The notes: generated by a model from the sequence alone, not told the origin. Shown: positions 1 through 9,762, counted from the first letter of the stretch. The stretch is 64,000 bases of DNA from Candidatus Foliamicus sp. (GCA_965206955.1 OZ242252.1:2179771-2243770); one strand, 5' to 3'. Numbers and translations are program-made.

Positions 1-992
1 ACTGAGACAAGGTCTACGGTTGCGGAAGGCCTGCCCGTGTTACGCACGCTCATAAGACGCAGCAGCTGCTCAACCAGGCGAGTCATTCGCCGAAGATCGT
101 CCTTCAGGTCCTCCTTGTCCGGCCCGTCCGGCAGGTTCTCGAGGCGAGTTCGGACTATCGCCAGCGGAGTACGCAGTTCGTGCGCAGCCGCGGCAAGGAA
201 GAAAGCCTGTTCCTCGTTGGCTTCGTCAATTCGCCCAATCATGCTGTTGATGGCACGCACCATCGGCAGTATTTCCGCAGGAAGCCCTTTTTCCGGCAGG
301 CTGTGGCTGGGCGCCTGCGGGTCGAGCGATTGCGCAACGTTCGCCAGGCGCCGCAGCGAACGTACCAGGACATAGAGCAGGCAAAGCACTCCCAGCAAGA
401 TGGCGCCGCCGACGGCCAGGTACCTGCTCGACGCTGACCAGAAAAGGAAGAGATTCCAACCGGCCAGCCAACCGGTCGCTCGCTCTATGGGGAATTCCAC
501 CCCACCGATTTCATAATAGTATTCCTGCCCTTCGTACAGCCGGTAACTGGACATGCCTACGGCGGCGCCCTCGCTAAAGTTGAAATTGGAAAATGAACTC
601 GCGGGCGTATAGTCGTTTGTTGCTGATTCTCCCTTACTGGACCACAATTCGGAATAAGAGAAAACGCTTGACCAGCGGGGGGGCGCTCCAATTTGCATCT
701 CTTCGGTGCCTCGCCGAACGTAGAGGCGGAACTGGCTGTTTGCCGCCATCACTTCGCGTATATCTTCAGCGTCCGCGATCGTGCTCAAGGGCTCTTCGGA
801 GTTGTTCAGCGCATGGAACATACTGCTGCTTACGAGGTAAAGGGTGCTTCGTTGGGGATCGGGACGCTCCATGGTGAGTATTGGCAGAAACACGAAATAG
901 GTCAAAGACAGCAGCAACAGCGCCAGGGAAAGCAATGTTGTTTGTCCCACCAGCGATCGGAATATGGGGGGAATGCGCCGTGTTTTCTTCAT
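1..992 (-). CDS. sensor histidine kinase (3' end beyond window edge)
   Basis: Absent from the ORF track because it has no stop in the window. Manual minus-strand translation from ATG at 992 (ATGA overlap with the regulator stop) gives MKKTRRIPPIFRSLVGQTTLLSLALLLLSL..., a second TM (AVGGAILLGVLCLLYVLV), a HAMP-like linker and the H-box FFLAAAAHELRTPLAIV. Confidence 0.85.
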   Translation of the reverse strand, partial: MKKTRRIPPIFRSLVGQTTLLSLALLLLSLTYFVFLPILTMERPDPQRSTLYLVSSSMFHALNNSEEPLSTIADAEDIREVMAANSQFRLYVRRGTEEMQIGAPPRWSSVFSYSELWSSKGESATNDYTPASSFSNFNFSEGAAVGMSSYRLYEGQEYYYEIGGVEFPIERATGWLAGWNLFLFWSASSRYLAVGGAILLGVLCLLYVLVRSLRRLANVAQSLDPQAPSHSLPEKGLPAEILPMVRAINSMIGRIDEANEEQAFFLAAAAHELRTPLAIVRTRLENLPDGPDKEDLKDDLRRMTRLVEQLLRLMSVRNTGRPSATVDLVS

Positions 993-1663
993 GAATCTTC
1001 CCTCAACATGTATCCAACGCCGCGTACCGTGTGGATTCTTACGCCGCAGCCACGGTCAGCTATGGATTTGCGTAAACGCGACATATGCGACTCCAGCGTG
1101 TTGGATTCGAATTGTTCATCGTAGCCGTACATGGCCTTCTCCAGCACATCGCGGCCCACTACGCGGTTGGCGGAATGGATGAGCTGCTCAAGGATAACCA
1201 TCTCGCGCCGCGGCAGGACCAACGTTTCACCGTCGACTTCGAAGTTGCGTGAGTCGCAATCCAGCTTCAGGGCGCCCAGTTGCAGCACCCGCCCGACCTC
1301 GGGTACCGGCCGCCGTTCCGCGGCTCGAATCCTGGCCAGCAGTTCCTCCGGTTCGAACGGCTTGACCATGTAGTCATCCGCGCCCAGATCCAGGCCCTCG
1401 ATCCGCTCCTGCAGCTCCCCCAGCGCGGACAGCACCAGGAACTTGCAGGTCAGGTTGTTGCCTTGCGCGAAATGGATCAATTCCACTCCGTCGCCGTCCG
1501 GCAGGCGCCGGTCAAGCAGGACAATTTCGTATTGGCTGTTTTGCAGCGCGGACCGCGCTACGGACAAGTTCTCGGCTATGTCCACGATGTAATTAAGGCG
1601 CCGCAGCAGACGCTGGGTAGCGGTGGCCAGATCAGGTTCGTCTTCAACGAGCAGGATTTTCAT
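989..1663 (-). CDS. OmpR/PhoB-family response regulator
   Basis: MKILLVEDEPDL...VLLDRRLPDGDG receiver domain plus a C-terminal winged-helix (IHTVRGVGYML). Translationally coupled to the downstream kinase. Confidence 0.95.
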   Translation of the reverse strand: MKILLVEDEPDLATATQRLLRRLNYIVDIAENLSVARSALQNSQYEIVLLDRRLPDGDGVELIHFAQGNNLTCKFLVLSALGELQERIEGLDLGADDYMVKPFEPEELLARIRAAERRPVPEVGRVLQLGALKLDCDSRNFEVDGETLVLPRREMVILEQLIHSANRVVGRDVLEKAMYGYDEQFESNTLESHMSRLRKSIADRGCGVRIHTVRGVGYMLREDS

Positions 1664-1949
1664 GGGGTGTAGGGGTAAGGGTTTGTGTGGAATAGATTGG
1701 AACGAGGGCGGGACGCCCTCGTCGAGGGCAGGATGCCCTCGTTCCCAGGGGGGATGCGCTGGTTCCCAGGGGGGGAGGTGTTTGTTGTTGTGTCATTGCT
1801 GAGACTAATATCGCTCCAAAGCATTATCGCAACCTTACGCCGCCTATCTCGGGGGCCCTCTTTTTTCCGTTGGTACTTGTGACGGGCAAGCCGGGGTTTG
1901 GTGCGGCGCCCGCAGTACAATGCGTCCGCTCGATTTGGCATTCAAGGCG

Positions 1950-2663
1950 ATGAAGAGAGTACTTGTAATCCGCAACGTAAGTTACGAGACCGAGGGCATG
2001 CTCGAGGGTCTCCTTCGCGACGCAGGGCTTGATCTCAATATCGTGGATTTTCAGGAGGATGCCACGGCTGAGGCGAGCCTTGACGGGCATGCCGGCCTGG
2101 TAGTGATGGGCGGACCTATGGGCGCCAACGATACCGATCGTTTTCCGTACCTGTTGCAGGTTGAGCGCTTGTGCGCAGAGGCAATGGATCGCTCGGTGCC
2201 CCTGGTGGGCGTGTGCCTGGGGGCCCAGATCATGGCCAAGATTCTGGGCACCGAGGTATACCCCAATCCCGTGAAGGAAGTAGGGTGGTACGACCTTGCA
2301 ACAACCCATGCGGCTGCGGGAGATCCCTTGTTCTCCGGGCTTGATTCACGCGAAGTCGTATTGCAATGGCATGGAGATACCTTTGACTTGCCGGAAGGGG
2401 CCGTTCTCCTGGCCTCCTCTCCCGATTGCGTCAACCAGGCATTTCGCTATGGCGAGAACGGCTACGCAATCCAGTTTCATCTTGAAATCATTGAGTCGAT
2501 GATCAGGGAGTGGGTTGGACGGGACGCGGCGCGCGGTTGGTTGGGCCAGGACGGACGCATGAGCGCAGACAGGATTCTCGCCGATACGGTGACTTACATG
2601 GCCCGCTCGGAAGAAATCGGCCGGCGCGTGTATTCGCGTTTTGCTCGTTTGATCGCTGCCTGA
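1950..2663 (+). CDS. class I glutamine amidotransferase (GATase1) family protein
   Basis: MKRVLVIRN..., nucleophile elbow VGVCLGAQIMA, QWHGDTF and QFHLE motifs. The internal ATG at 1950 is preferred over ORF start 1920. Confidence 0.85.
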   Translation: MKRVLVIRNVSYETEGMLEGLLRDAGLDLNIVDFQEDATAEASLDGHAGLVVMGGPMGANDTDRFPYLLQVERLCAEAMDRSVPLVGVCLGAQIMAKILGTEVYPNPVKEVGWYDLATTHAAAGDPLFSGLDSREVVLQWHGDTFDLPEGAVLLASSPDCVNQAFRYGENGYAIQFHLEIIESMIREWVGRDAARGWLGQDGRMSADRILADTVTYMARSEEIGRRVYSRFARLIAA

Positions 2664-2682
2664 GTTTCCTTACGGTCGGGCG

Positions 2683-3951
2683 ATGCATGTAGTGATTGTC
2701 GGTTGTGGCGTTATCGGCGTCACCACGGCCTGGTTTTTGATCCAGGCCGGCGTTCAGGTAACCGTAGTGGAACGCCGGGAAGGGCCGGCGCTGGAAACCA
2801 GCTTCGCCAATGCCAGCATGCTGACGCCGAGCCTGTCGGCGCCGTGGAACTCACCGGGAGTGTGGCTCAAGCTTCTGAAGTATTTGGGCCGCAAGGAAGC
2901 GGCGCTGCTTGTCAGGCCGGCTGCGTTTCCCGGACTGCTGCACTGGGGTTACCGGTTCTTGCTTAACAGCCGTTCCAAGTACCACGAAATTAACCTTCGA
3001 AAGAATTTGAGAATATGCAATTACTCCATTGAAATAATGAAGGAATTACGATCCGACACTGCGGTCGAGTACGAGGCTGATCTTTCGGGTGTAATGGAAG
3101 TGTGCCGGGAAGAAGCTTCGATGCGTGCGGGGCGGGAGCGGGCCCGGGTTCTGGGAGCCGATCAGGTTCCGACCCGGGAATTGACTCCCGCCGAGGTGGT
3201 GGAAATGGAGCCCGCCCTGGCTGCCATTCAGCAGGAGTTGGTGGGCGGTTTCTATTTTCCGGCGGATGAAGTCGGCGACGCTTACAAGTTCAGTTGCAGC
3301 TTGCAGCGCCATTCGGCCCGCCACGGCGCGGTGTTTCGCTTTGGGGAGACAGTGCAGGAAATGCTGGGGAAGCAGGGGCAGGTTCAGGGTGTACGCTTGG
3401 AAGATGGCGAAGAAATTGAAGCCGATCAGGTTGTGGTTGCCGCGGGTAGCTACACGCCCGGGCTTGTGCGCTCCCTGGGTGTTCGGGTGCCCGTTTGTCC
3501 CGCCAAGGGTTACTCCCTGACCACGCCCATGCCCGAAGGATTGCCTCCTCTAGGTCACGCGGTGCTGGATGACGGCTACAAGGCCGGCGTGGTGCCGTTG
3601 GGCGGAAGGCGTATTCGCGTTGGCGGGACGGTGGAATTCACCGGTTTCAACCAGGAGCTCTCGCCTGAGCGGGTGGCGAACCTGCGCAATCTTCTCGCTG
3701 GAGTGCTTCCGCGCCATGCCGAGCGTATCCCGGTGGCGGAAATGCGTCCCTGGTGCGGCCTGCGCCCGGCTTCCCCTGACGGAGTGCCTATCGTCGGCGC
3801 CAGCGGACTGGACGGGTTGTCCCTGGCTACCGGGCACGGACACCTTGGATGGTCGATGGCAGCGGGAACCGGCAAGGCGCTGGCGCAGCAATTGATCGGC
3901 GAACAGCAGGATTTCCCGCTGGCGGACTACCAGCTGGCAAGGTTCGGATGA
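2683..3951 (+). CDS. dadA: FAD-dependent D-amino-acid dehydrogenase (DadA-family) oxidoreductase
   Basis: N-terminal Rossmann motif VVIVGCGVIGVTTAWFL. The 422 aa are collinear with DadA as I recall it (PAKGYSLT, RVGGT.EF.GFN, GLRP.SPDG.P, TGHGHLGWSM). Confidence 0.8.
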   Translation: MHVVIVGCGVIGVTTAWFLIQAGVQVTVVERREGPALETSFANASMLTPSLSAPWNSPGVWLKLLKYLGRKEAALLVRPAAFPGLLHWGYRFLLNSRSKYHEINLRKNLRICNYSIEIMKELRSDTAVEYEADLSGVMEVCREEASMRAGRERARVLGADQVPTRELTPAEVVEMEPALAAIQQELVGGFYFPADEVGDAYKFSCSLQRHSARHGAVFRFGETVQEMLGKQGQVQGVRLEDGEEIEADQVVVAAGSYTPGLVRSLGVRVPVCPAKGYSLTTPMPEGLPPLGHAVLDDGYKAGVVPLGGRRIRVGGTVEFTGFNQELSPERVANLRNLLAGVLPRHAERIPVAEMRPWCGLRPASPDGVPIVGASGLDGLSLATGHGHLGWSMAAGTGKALAQQLIGEQQDFPLADYQLARFG

Positions 3952-5105
3952 TGTTCGAGGCGCGTAAACTCAAGCGTTGCTTCAACCTGGAAGACCTGCG
4001 CAAGGTGGCGCGCAAGCGCCTCCCTTCCCCGATGTATCACTATCTTCGGGGCGGCGCTGACGACGAACGGTCGCTGCACAACAACACGGCCGCGTTTGAC
4101 AACTACGAATTGCTTCCGCGCTACCTGGTCAACGTGGAAAAAGTGGATGCAAGCGTCACGGTTCTGGGCCAGGAGCTGGAGTGGCCGCTGTTCTGTTCCC
4201 CCACGGGCATGTCGCGTATCTTCCACCACGATGGCGAGGTGGGCGCGGTGCGGGCGGCGCATCGATCGGGCACCATGTATTCGCTTTCGACGCTGGGGTC
4301 CACCACCATAGAGGACGTGGCCGCCGCCAGCGAAGGGCCGCGTATGTTCCAGATCTATGTGCTCAAGGACGCCGGTCTGAACCGGGAGTTCATCGAGCGA
4401 TGCAAGGAGGCGAATTACTCGGCGCTGTGCCTGACGGTGGATGTTCCGGTTGGAGGCAACCGGGAGCGCGACTACCACACCGGCATGACGGTTCCCCCGA
4501 AACTTACCCTGATGAGCCGGCTTGACGTGGCCCGCCACCTTACATGGTCCTATCACTATGTCCGCTCAGGACCCTCGGTTATGGCTAATTTTGCTCACCG
4601 GATAAAGGATAGCGACGACACCAACCTGATGGGCTATGTCGGACGCCAATTCGACATGACGGTGAACTGGGATGACGCCGCGCGCATGATCGAGCAATGG
4701 GGCGGGCCGTTCGCCATCAAGGGTGTCATGTGCGCCGAAGATGCCCGCCGCTCGGTCGAGGCCGGCGCCAGCGCAGTAATGCTCTCCAATCATGGGGGAC
4801 GCCAATTGGATGGCGTTCCCGCGCCGGTTGATCTGGTGCGGGAAGTTCGCGACACCATCGGCGGCGACGCCGAGGTGATCGTGGATGGGGGAGTGAGGCG
4901 GGGCACGCACGTACTGAAGGCGCTGGCACTGGGCGCCACCGCCTGTTCCACCGGTCGCGGCTACCTGTACGGTCTCGGGGCCGGCGGCGAAGCGGGCGTG
5001 GGTCGTGCCTTGCAGATACTCCGCGAGGAAGTGGAGCGAGACCTGGCCCTGCTGGGCTGTGTTCGCGCCCGCGACCTGGATCAGCGATTTGTGCGGGAGG
5101 TCTAA
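3948..5105 (+). CDS. FMN-dependent alpha-hydroxy-acid dehydrogenase/oxidase (LldD/glycolate oxidase family)
   Basis: Motifs YHYLRGGADDE, FQIYVLKD, SNHGGRQLDG and DGGVRRG. The ATG at 3948 overlaps the dadA stop (ATGA), and the ORF-track N-terminal extension lies inside dadA. Confidence 0.9.
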   Translation: MMFEARKLKRCFNLEDLRKVARKRLPSPMYHYLRGGADDERSLHNNTAAFDNYELLPRYLVNVEKVDASVTVLGQELEWPLFCSPTGMSRIFHHDGEVGAVRAAHRSGTMYSLSTLGSTTIEDVAAASEGPRMFQIYVLKDAGLNREFIERCKEANYSALCLTVDVPVGGNRERDYHTGMTVPPKLTLMSRLDVARHLTWSYHYVRSGPSVMANFAHRIKDSDDTNLMGYVGRQFDMTVNWDDAARMIEQWGGPFAIKGVMCAEDARRSVEAGASAVMLSNHGGRQLDGVPAPVDLVREVRDTIGGDAEVIVDGGVRRGTHVLKALALGATACSTGRGYLYGLGAGGEAGVGRALQILREEVERDLALLGCVRARDLDQRFVREV

Positions 5106-5122
5106 CGTCAAGGAGCAATGCG

Positions 5123-6097
5123 ATGACAAAGCATGAACCCCCTTCACTCGGTGAAATTCGCGAATACCGGGAAGTTGTCAGAGATCGTGTGGTGCGCACG
5201 CCGGTGCACGAATGGCGTGGCGCGGCGATTCAGAAATTGGCGCCGGACATGCGGATTTCCGTGAAGTTCGAATTGTTGCAGATGACCGGCACATTCAAGG
5301 CCCGCGGCGCCCTGGCCTGGATGCTGTCTTTGCCCAGGGAACAACTTGATAAGGGTGTGACCGCGGTAAGCGCCGGAAATCATGCCATTGCGGTGGCCTG
5401 GGCGGCGCACGTGATGGGCGCTTCAGCTCATGTCGTGATTGTTTCCCCGGCCAACCCGGCGCGAGTCCAGCAGGCGCGCGCCTGGGGCGCAAAGGTGGAG
5501 TTGATAGACAACGCGGAAGCTGCCTTTAATCGAGCCATGAATATCGAACGCGAGGAAGGACGGACCCTGGTGCATCCGTTCGAGGGCCTCCCCATCGCCA
5601 TAGGCACAGGCTCGCTGGCTATGGAATGGCTGGAGCAAGCCCCGAACCTGGACGCCCTGGTGATACCCGTGGGTGGTGGCGGGCTGGTTGCCGGCATAGC
5701 CGCGGCGGCAAAGCGAATACGGCCTGAAATCAGCGTGTATGGGGCCGAACCGGTAGGCGCCGACTCGATGTTCCAGAGCCTCGCCAGGAAAGAGCCCGTT
5801 AATGCGTCCCGGATTGACTCGATTGCCGACAGTCTGCGGGCTCCGAATGCACGTGAATACAGCTTTGCGCTGACCAGCCGTTACATGGATGACCTGGGAC
5901 AGGTGACCGACGATCAAATACGCGATGCCATGCGGCTGATTCTGCGCGAGTTGAAGATGATGGTAGAGCCAGCCTGCGCCACTGCTACAGCGGCCGCTCT
6001 GGGCCCATTACGGGAGCGTCTGCAAGACAAGTCCGTAGGCGTGCTGCTGTGCGGATCAAACATCGATCTCGCCACTTTTCAACGCCTCCTCGCATAA
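5123..6097 (+). CDS. PLP-dependent threonine/serine dehydratase family enzyme
   Basis: PLP-lysine motif LQMTGTFKARGA, a glycine loop VGGGGLVAG and SAGNHA. The 324 aa length fits the catabolic-type fold. Confidence 0.85.
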   Translation: MTKHEPPSLGEIREYREVVRDRVVRTPVHEWRGAAIQKLAPDMRISVKFELLQMTGTFKARGALAWMLSLPREQLDKGVTAVSAGNHAIAVAWAAHVMGASAHVVIVSPANPARVQQARAWGAKVELIDNAEAAFNRAMNIEREEGRTLVHPFEGLPIAIGTGSLAMEWLEQAPNLDALVIPVGGGGLVAGIAAAAKRIRPEISVYGAEPVGADSMFQSLARKEPVNASRIDSIADSLRAPNAREYSFALTSRYMDDLGQVTDDQIRDAMRLILRELKMMVEPACATATAAALGPLRERLQDKSVGVLLCGSNIDLATFQRLLA

Positions 6098-6106
6098 GAC
6101 AACTCT

Positions 6107-6240
6107 CCCCTGGGAGCGAGGGCTTCCAGCCCTCGGAGGACAGGATGTCCTTCTTCCCAGGGAACACCCGAAGCGTCAGGGTCTCTCCTGGGAACGAGGG
6201 CTTCCAGCCCTCGGAGGAAAGGATGTCCTCCTTCCCAGGG
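6107..6240. repeat. REP/BIME-like composite, two ~54-bp units
   Basis: The unit CCTGGGA(G/A)CGAGGGCTTCCAGCCCTCGGAGGA.AGGATGTCCT.CTTCCCAGGG occurs twice. Each has nested hairpins GAGGGC-N5-GCCCTC and AGGACA/TGTCCT. Confidence 0.9.
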
Positions 6241-6250
6241 CTGTAACCCG

Positions 6251-6772
6251 TCAGTAATTGAGGGCCAGTGTTCGCGGTTGGCCGAAACCGGGCAGGCTGA
6301 TCAGGTGAAGACGCCCGGGACCGAAGTCGGCGAACTCCAGAGCGCCGGCGTCCCATTCCGCCAGCAGGGCCGACGCCAGACTGGTGGGGGCCACGATGAT
6401 CACGACCCTACCGCGGTATTGTCTCTCCAGCCCTCGCGCGAAGCCGGCGGGCTCCTCGATCAAAACGTCGGCAATGGGCTCCCGGAGCCGTTCGGCCAGC
6501 AAGCGTACGGTTTCGCGCTCGGGTTCTCCTCCGGCGCTCAAGATTCCGCCGAGCAGCTCCGGCTTGGCGAGATCTCCCACCAGCCGGCTCAATGCCTGGG
6601 AACTCGCCTTTCCTTCGGCGCTGAGCGATGCAGAATCACCGTCTTGCCGCTGGGCGGCTGTCAGCAGCAGCACAGTGGTAGTCGCCTCGCTGCCCTGGAG
6701 GCGCCAGAACAAAACCAGAACGCCGACAAGAAAAGCGGCGACCAGCAGATTGCGGTATCGGGCGCGCATCAA
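6251..6772 (-). CDS. hypothetical membrane-anchored protein (possibly a degenerate histidine-phosphatase fold)
   Basis: 173-aa ORF with an N-terminal TM (LLVAAFLVGVLVLFW). It shows weak SixA-like layout but lacks the RH catalytic dyad. Confidence 0.5.
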   Translation of the reverse strand: MMRARYRNLLVAAFLVGVLVLFWRLQGSEATTTVLLLTAAQRQDGDSASLSAEGKASSQALSRLVGDLAKPELLGGILSAGGEPERETVRLLAERLREPIADVLIEEPAGFARGLERQYRGRVVIIVAPTSLASALLAEWDAGALEFADFGPGRLHLISLPGFGQPRTLALNY

Positions 6773-6876
6773 TTTCAGTTGGCAGCCAGCACGGACATGA
6801 GGCCGATGGTACTACTCCGATCCGCGTAAAATAAAGAGGTTGCGGAAGCGTTTCCGGAAAAAAGCGAGGCGACTCT

Positions 6877-7074
6877 TTGTTCGATTGGTATATGTTCATT
6901 ATGGATAACATTGGCGCAGTCGTTGCTGTCGTTCTCGTACTGTTCAATCTCGCCATATGGGTGGCGAGGCGGGTTCGTCAGAAACGTGAGCAGGAACGTT
7001 ACGGGCAATATCCTCCGGCCGTACGATCAGGCCGTTTGAACTATGACGAATACAAAAAGCGACGCGACGGCTGA
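6877..7074 (+). CDS. possible small single-pass membrane protein
   Basis: 65-aa ORF with a hydrophobic core (IGAVVAVVLVLFNLAIWV) followed by a basic tail. No clear RBS. Confidence 0.3.
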   Translation: MFDWYMFIMDNIGAVVAVVLVLFNLAIWVARRVRQKREQERYGQYPPAVRSGRLNYDEYKKRRDG

Positions 7075-7155
7075 TTCGTGCATCAAGTATGGAAAGGCTC
7101 CTCCGTCGTTTGCCGGTGGTATGCTTGAATAACTTGCGTGGATAGACCAATAGAC

Positions 7156-8394
7156 ATGAAAACCATAGTTCGCATATTGGGTGTTTCCTTAGCGCTGTCC
7201 GCGGGGCTGCTTCTCGGAAGTTGCAAGACCGTTGGCGGAAATTCTCCGCCGTCGGGCGGTTCCTCGGTTCCCATGCCTTCGCCCGGCGGCAGTTCCGGAT
7301 CATCCGGTGGCGCGGGCGGTTCGATGGGCTCGTCCGGAGGCTCGATGGGTTCCGCGGGCGGTTCGATGGGCTCGTCCGGAGGCTCGATGGGTTCCGCGGG
7401 CGGTTCGATGGGCTCGTCCGGAGGCTCGATGGGTTCCGCGGGTGGCTCGAAAGGCTCGTCCGGAGGTTCAATGGGTTCCGCGGGTGGTTCGATGGGCTCG
7501 TCCGGAGGCTCGATGGGTTCCGCAGGCGGCTCGATGGGCTCGTCCGGAGGCTCGATGGGTTCCGCGGGCGGCTCGAAAGGCTCGTCCGGAGGCTCGATGG
7601 GTTCCGCGGGTGGCTCGAAAGGCTCGTCCGGAGGCTCGATGGGTTCCGCGGGCGGTTCGATGGGTTCCGCGGGCGGTTCGATGGGTTCCGCGGGCGGTTC
7701 GATGGGCTCGTCCGGAGGCTCGATGGGTTCCGCGGGTGGCTCGAAAGGCTCATCTGGCGGCTCAAGGAGTTCTTCCGGTGGCGCCAGTGGTTCATCTGGA
7801 AGCTCCAGGGGGTCAGCCGGCAGTTCAGCAGGATCGGCCGGTGGCGGCATGGGAACAGGAGGCGGTCCCAGCGGCGGACAAGGCAGTGGCGCAAGCGGCT
7901 CCGGCGGCTCCGGGGATCCCGAAGGCGTTCTGCGTGAATCCATGGAAGGATACGATCGCGAAATCGCTCGTGAGCGCGATGCTATGGCTTCATCCGGGCA
8001 AGGAACACCTGGCGGTAGCGGCGGCATGGGTGGTACGACAGGCGAAGGCGGCGGAGCCGGCGGGCCAATGGTGACTATCCCCAGCATGTCTGGAGGCAGT
8101 TCCGGCGGCGGCCAGGGTGAAGGTGGCGAAGCCGCAGGCGGCAGAGCTAGGGGCGGTGGCAGCGGAGGCGCCGGCGAGAGCGGCCTGGAGGAAGGCGACG
8201 GCAGCAATGCCGGTGACCAACCCGAATCGAAGATTGATATTCCGGAAGATATCGCCGAAGCCACGGGCAGCGAAGACCAGGTAGCGCGGCAGATACGCGA
8301 GGCGGCGGAACAGGAAGAGGATCGACGTATTCGCGACGCGTTGTGGGAAGAATATCGCAGGCACATGGGACTGAAATCAGCGAGGTCGAAGTGA
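7156..8394 (+). CDS. lipoprotein with 21 tandem Gly/Ser heptads and an acidic C-terminal helix
   Basis: MKTIVRILGVSLALSAGLLLGSC lipobox. Positions 7315-7755 hold 21 x 21-bp units encoding GGSMGSS/GGSMGSA/GGSKGSS. C-terminus: EDQVARQIREAAEQEEDRRIRDALWEEY. Confidence 0.8.
   Translation: MKTIVRILGVSLALSAGLLLGSCKTVGGNSPPSGGSSVPMPSPGGSSGSSGGAGGSMGSSGGSMGSAGGSMGSSGGSMGSAGGSMGSSGGSMGSAGGSKGSSGGSMGSAGGSMGSSGGSMGSAGGSMGSSGGSMGSAGGSKGSSGGSMGSAGGSKGSSGGSMGSAGGSMGSAGGSMGSAGGSMGSSGGSMGSAGGSKGSSGGSRSSSGGASGSSGSSRGSAGSSAGSAGGGMGTGGGPSGGQGSGASGSGGSGDPEGVLRESMEGYDREIARERDAMASSGQGTPGGSGGMGGTTGEGGGAGGPMVTIPSMSGGSSGGGQGEGGEAAGGRARGGGSGGAGESGLEEGDGSNAGDQPESKIDIPEDIAEATGSEDQVARQIREAAEQEEDRRIRDALWEEYRRHMGLKSARSK
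7315..7755 (+). repeat. 21-bp (42-bp super-period) coding tandem repeat
   Basis: ggcggttcgatgggctcgtccgga / ggctcgatgggttccgcgggc alternate, with occasional aaa (Lys) variants. I counted 21 heptads in the translation. Confidence 0.9.
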
Positions 8395-9620
8395 ACAGAA
8401 CAACAACCTTCGTCGGCATAGCCGCGTGCGCCGTGCTTCTGGGAGCATGCACGTCGGCGCGCGAGATTCAGTACACCCAGGTGAGACTGAATCGCGCGGA
8501 GACCGAGATTGCCCAGGAAGCTCTGCTCAATGTGGGAATCCTGGTGTTCGATCCTGGTTTGCCGGAGAACTTGAGTGACCAGGAAATGAACGAAAAGCTG
8601 ATTTTCCCGGAAATTCGGCGCGCGGAGGCGCGCTACATGCCGTTTCACCTCAAGAACACGCTGGAGTCCACGGGTTATTGGGGCGCAGTGAGTGTCTTGC
8701 CGGAGTTCAGTCCGGTTGCGGACATCCTTATATCGGCGCGGATCGAAGAATCGGATGGTTACAGTGCCAAGCTGCAGGTTGCCGCCTGGGACGCGTCGGC
8801 GAAGGAGTGGTTCAACAAGAGCTACGAAATGATGGTGGCGGAACAGGCTTATGTGCGCAACACCGACCGCGGCCAGGATCCGTATCAAAACCTCTACAAC
8901 GAGATCGCCAACGATCTGCTGCAGGTCCGCTCCCAACTCAGCGATGCCGAGTTGCAGCGGATACGGGAAATAGGCGATTTGCGCTACGGCCTGAGCGTCG
9001 TGCCGCAGGCGTTCGAAGGCTACCTGGAAAAGACCGACAAAGGGCATTACCAGGTCAAGAGGCTGCCGGCAGAAGATGAACCCATGGTCGGCCGCATGCG
9101 CGAGGTCCGAGAGCGTGAATATGCACTTGTTGATGCGGTGAATGAGCACTACGCGAACCTGTACTACGGTCTGGATGAACCGTACGCGGACTGGCGGCGG
9201 ATGGCGCGCGAAGGCCGCCTGAGCTACGAGGAAATGCGAAGTGCCTCCAACACGCGAATGTTGCTGGGTATTCTCGGAATCCTGGGCGCAATCGCCTACA
9301 ACGACCGTGGCGGCAACAACAGGGCCGTCACCCAGACGATGATCCATGGCGGCATCATGGGCATCCAGGCGGGCCTGGGTCGGCGCGCGGAAGCCAAGAT
9401 GCATGCCGAGGCGCTACGCGAAGTGGGTGAGTCCTTCGACGCCGAGGCCGAGCCCATGGTGGTGGAACTGGAAGGTCAGACCCGGCGGCTGACTGGATCT
9501 GCGGAAGAACGCTTTCGGGAATGGCGCCGTTTGCTGAGGGAGATTTACAGCCGTGAGACCGGCAATCTCGAAATGCCAGGCGCTGCCAACTCCCAGGAAA
9601 CAACTCCGCCGCGACCCTGA
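8391..9620 (+). CDS. lipoprotein of unknown function with a C-terminal glycine-zipper-like hydrophobic segment
   Basis: The GTG at 8391 overlaps the upstream stop (GTGA). Lipobox FVGIAACAVLLGAC. Late segment MLLGILGILGAIAY...GGIMGIQAGLG. Confidence 0.75.
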   Translation: MNRTTTFVGIAACAVLLGACTSAREIQYTQVRLNRAETEIAQEALLNVGILVFDPGLPENLSDQEMNEKLIFPEIRRAEARYMPFHLKNTLESTGYWGAVSVLPEFSPVADILISARIEESDGYSAKLQVAAWDASAKEWFNKSYEMMVAEQAYVRNTDRGQDPYQNLYNEIANDLLQVRSQLSDAELQRIREIGDLRYGLSVVPQAFEGYLEKTDKGHYQVKRLPAEDEPMVGRMREVREREYALVDAVNEHYANLYYGLDEPYADWRRMAREGRLSYEEMRSASNTRMLLGILGILGAIAYNDRGGNNRAVTQTMIHGGIMGIQAGLGRRAEAKMHAEALREVGESFDAEAEPMVVELEGQTRRLTGSAEERFREWRRLLREIYSRETGNLEMPGAANSQETTPPRP

Positions 9621-9762
9621 ACGCGAGCGCATCGGTCCAGGTACTGCCTTGCGATCGCCCGGCAGGCGAATTCGCCCGCCTTCGCCCGTATCATTCGCCC
9701 CACGGTGAGGCGCAGGTGCTGGCGTGCGTAACAATTCAATAAACAAACCACGCGAAGGCGGG

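Noticed and set aside
7083-9404. 773-aa minus-strand ORF, plus the 316-aa ORF at 6944-7894 and plus-strand ORFs at 7221/7232
   Set aside because: These are shadow frames of the Gly/Ser repeat and GC-rich lipoprotein genes. The translations are low-complexity (PEPPxEP, RNPSSLRTS, RWARPEA) with no signal or domain logic. The plus-strand lipoprotein frames have lipoboxes and start/stop coupling.
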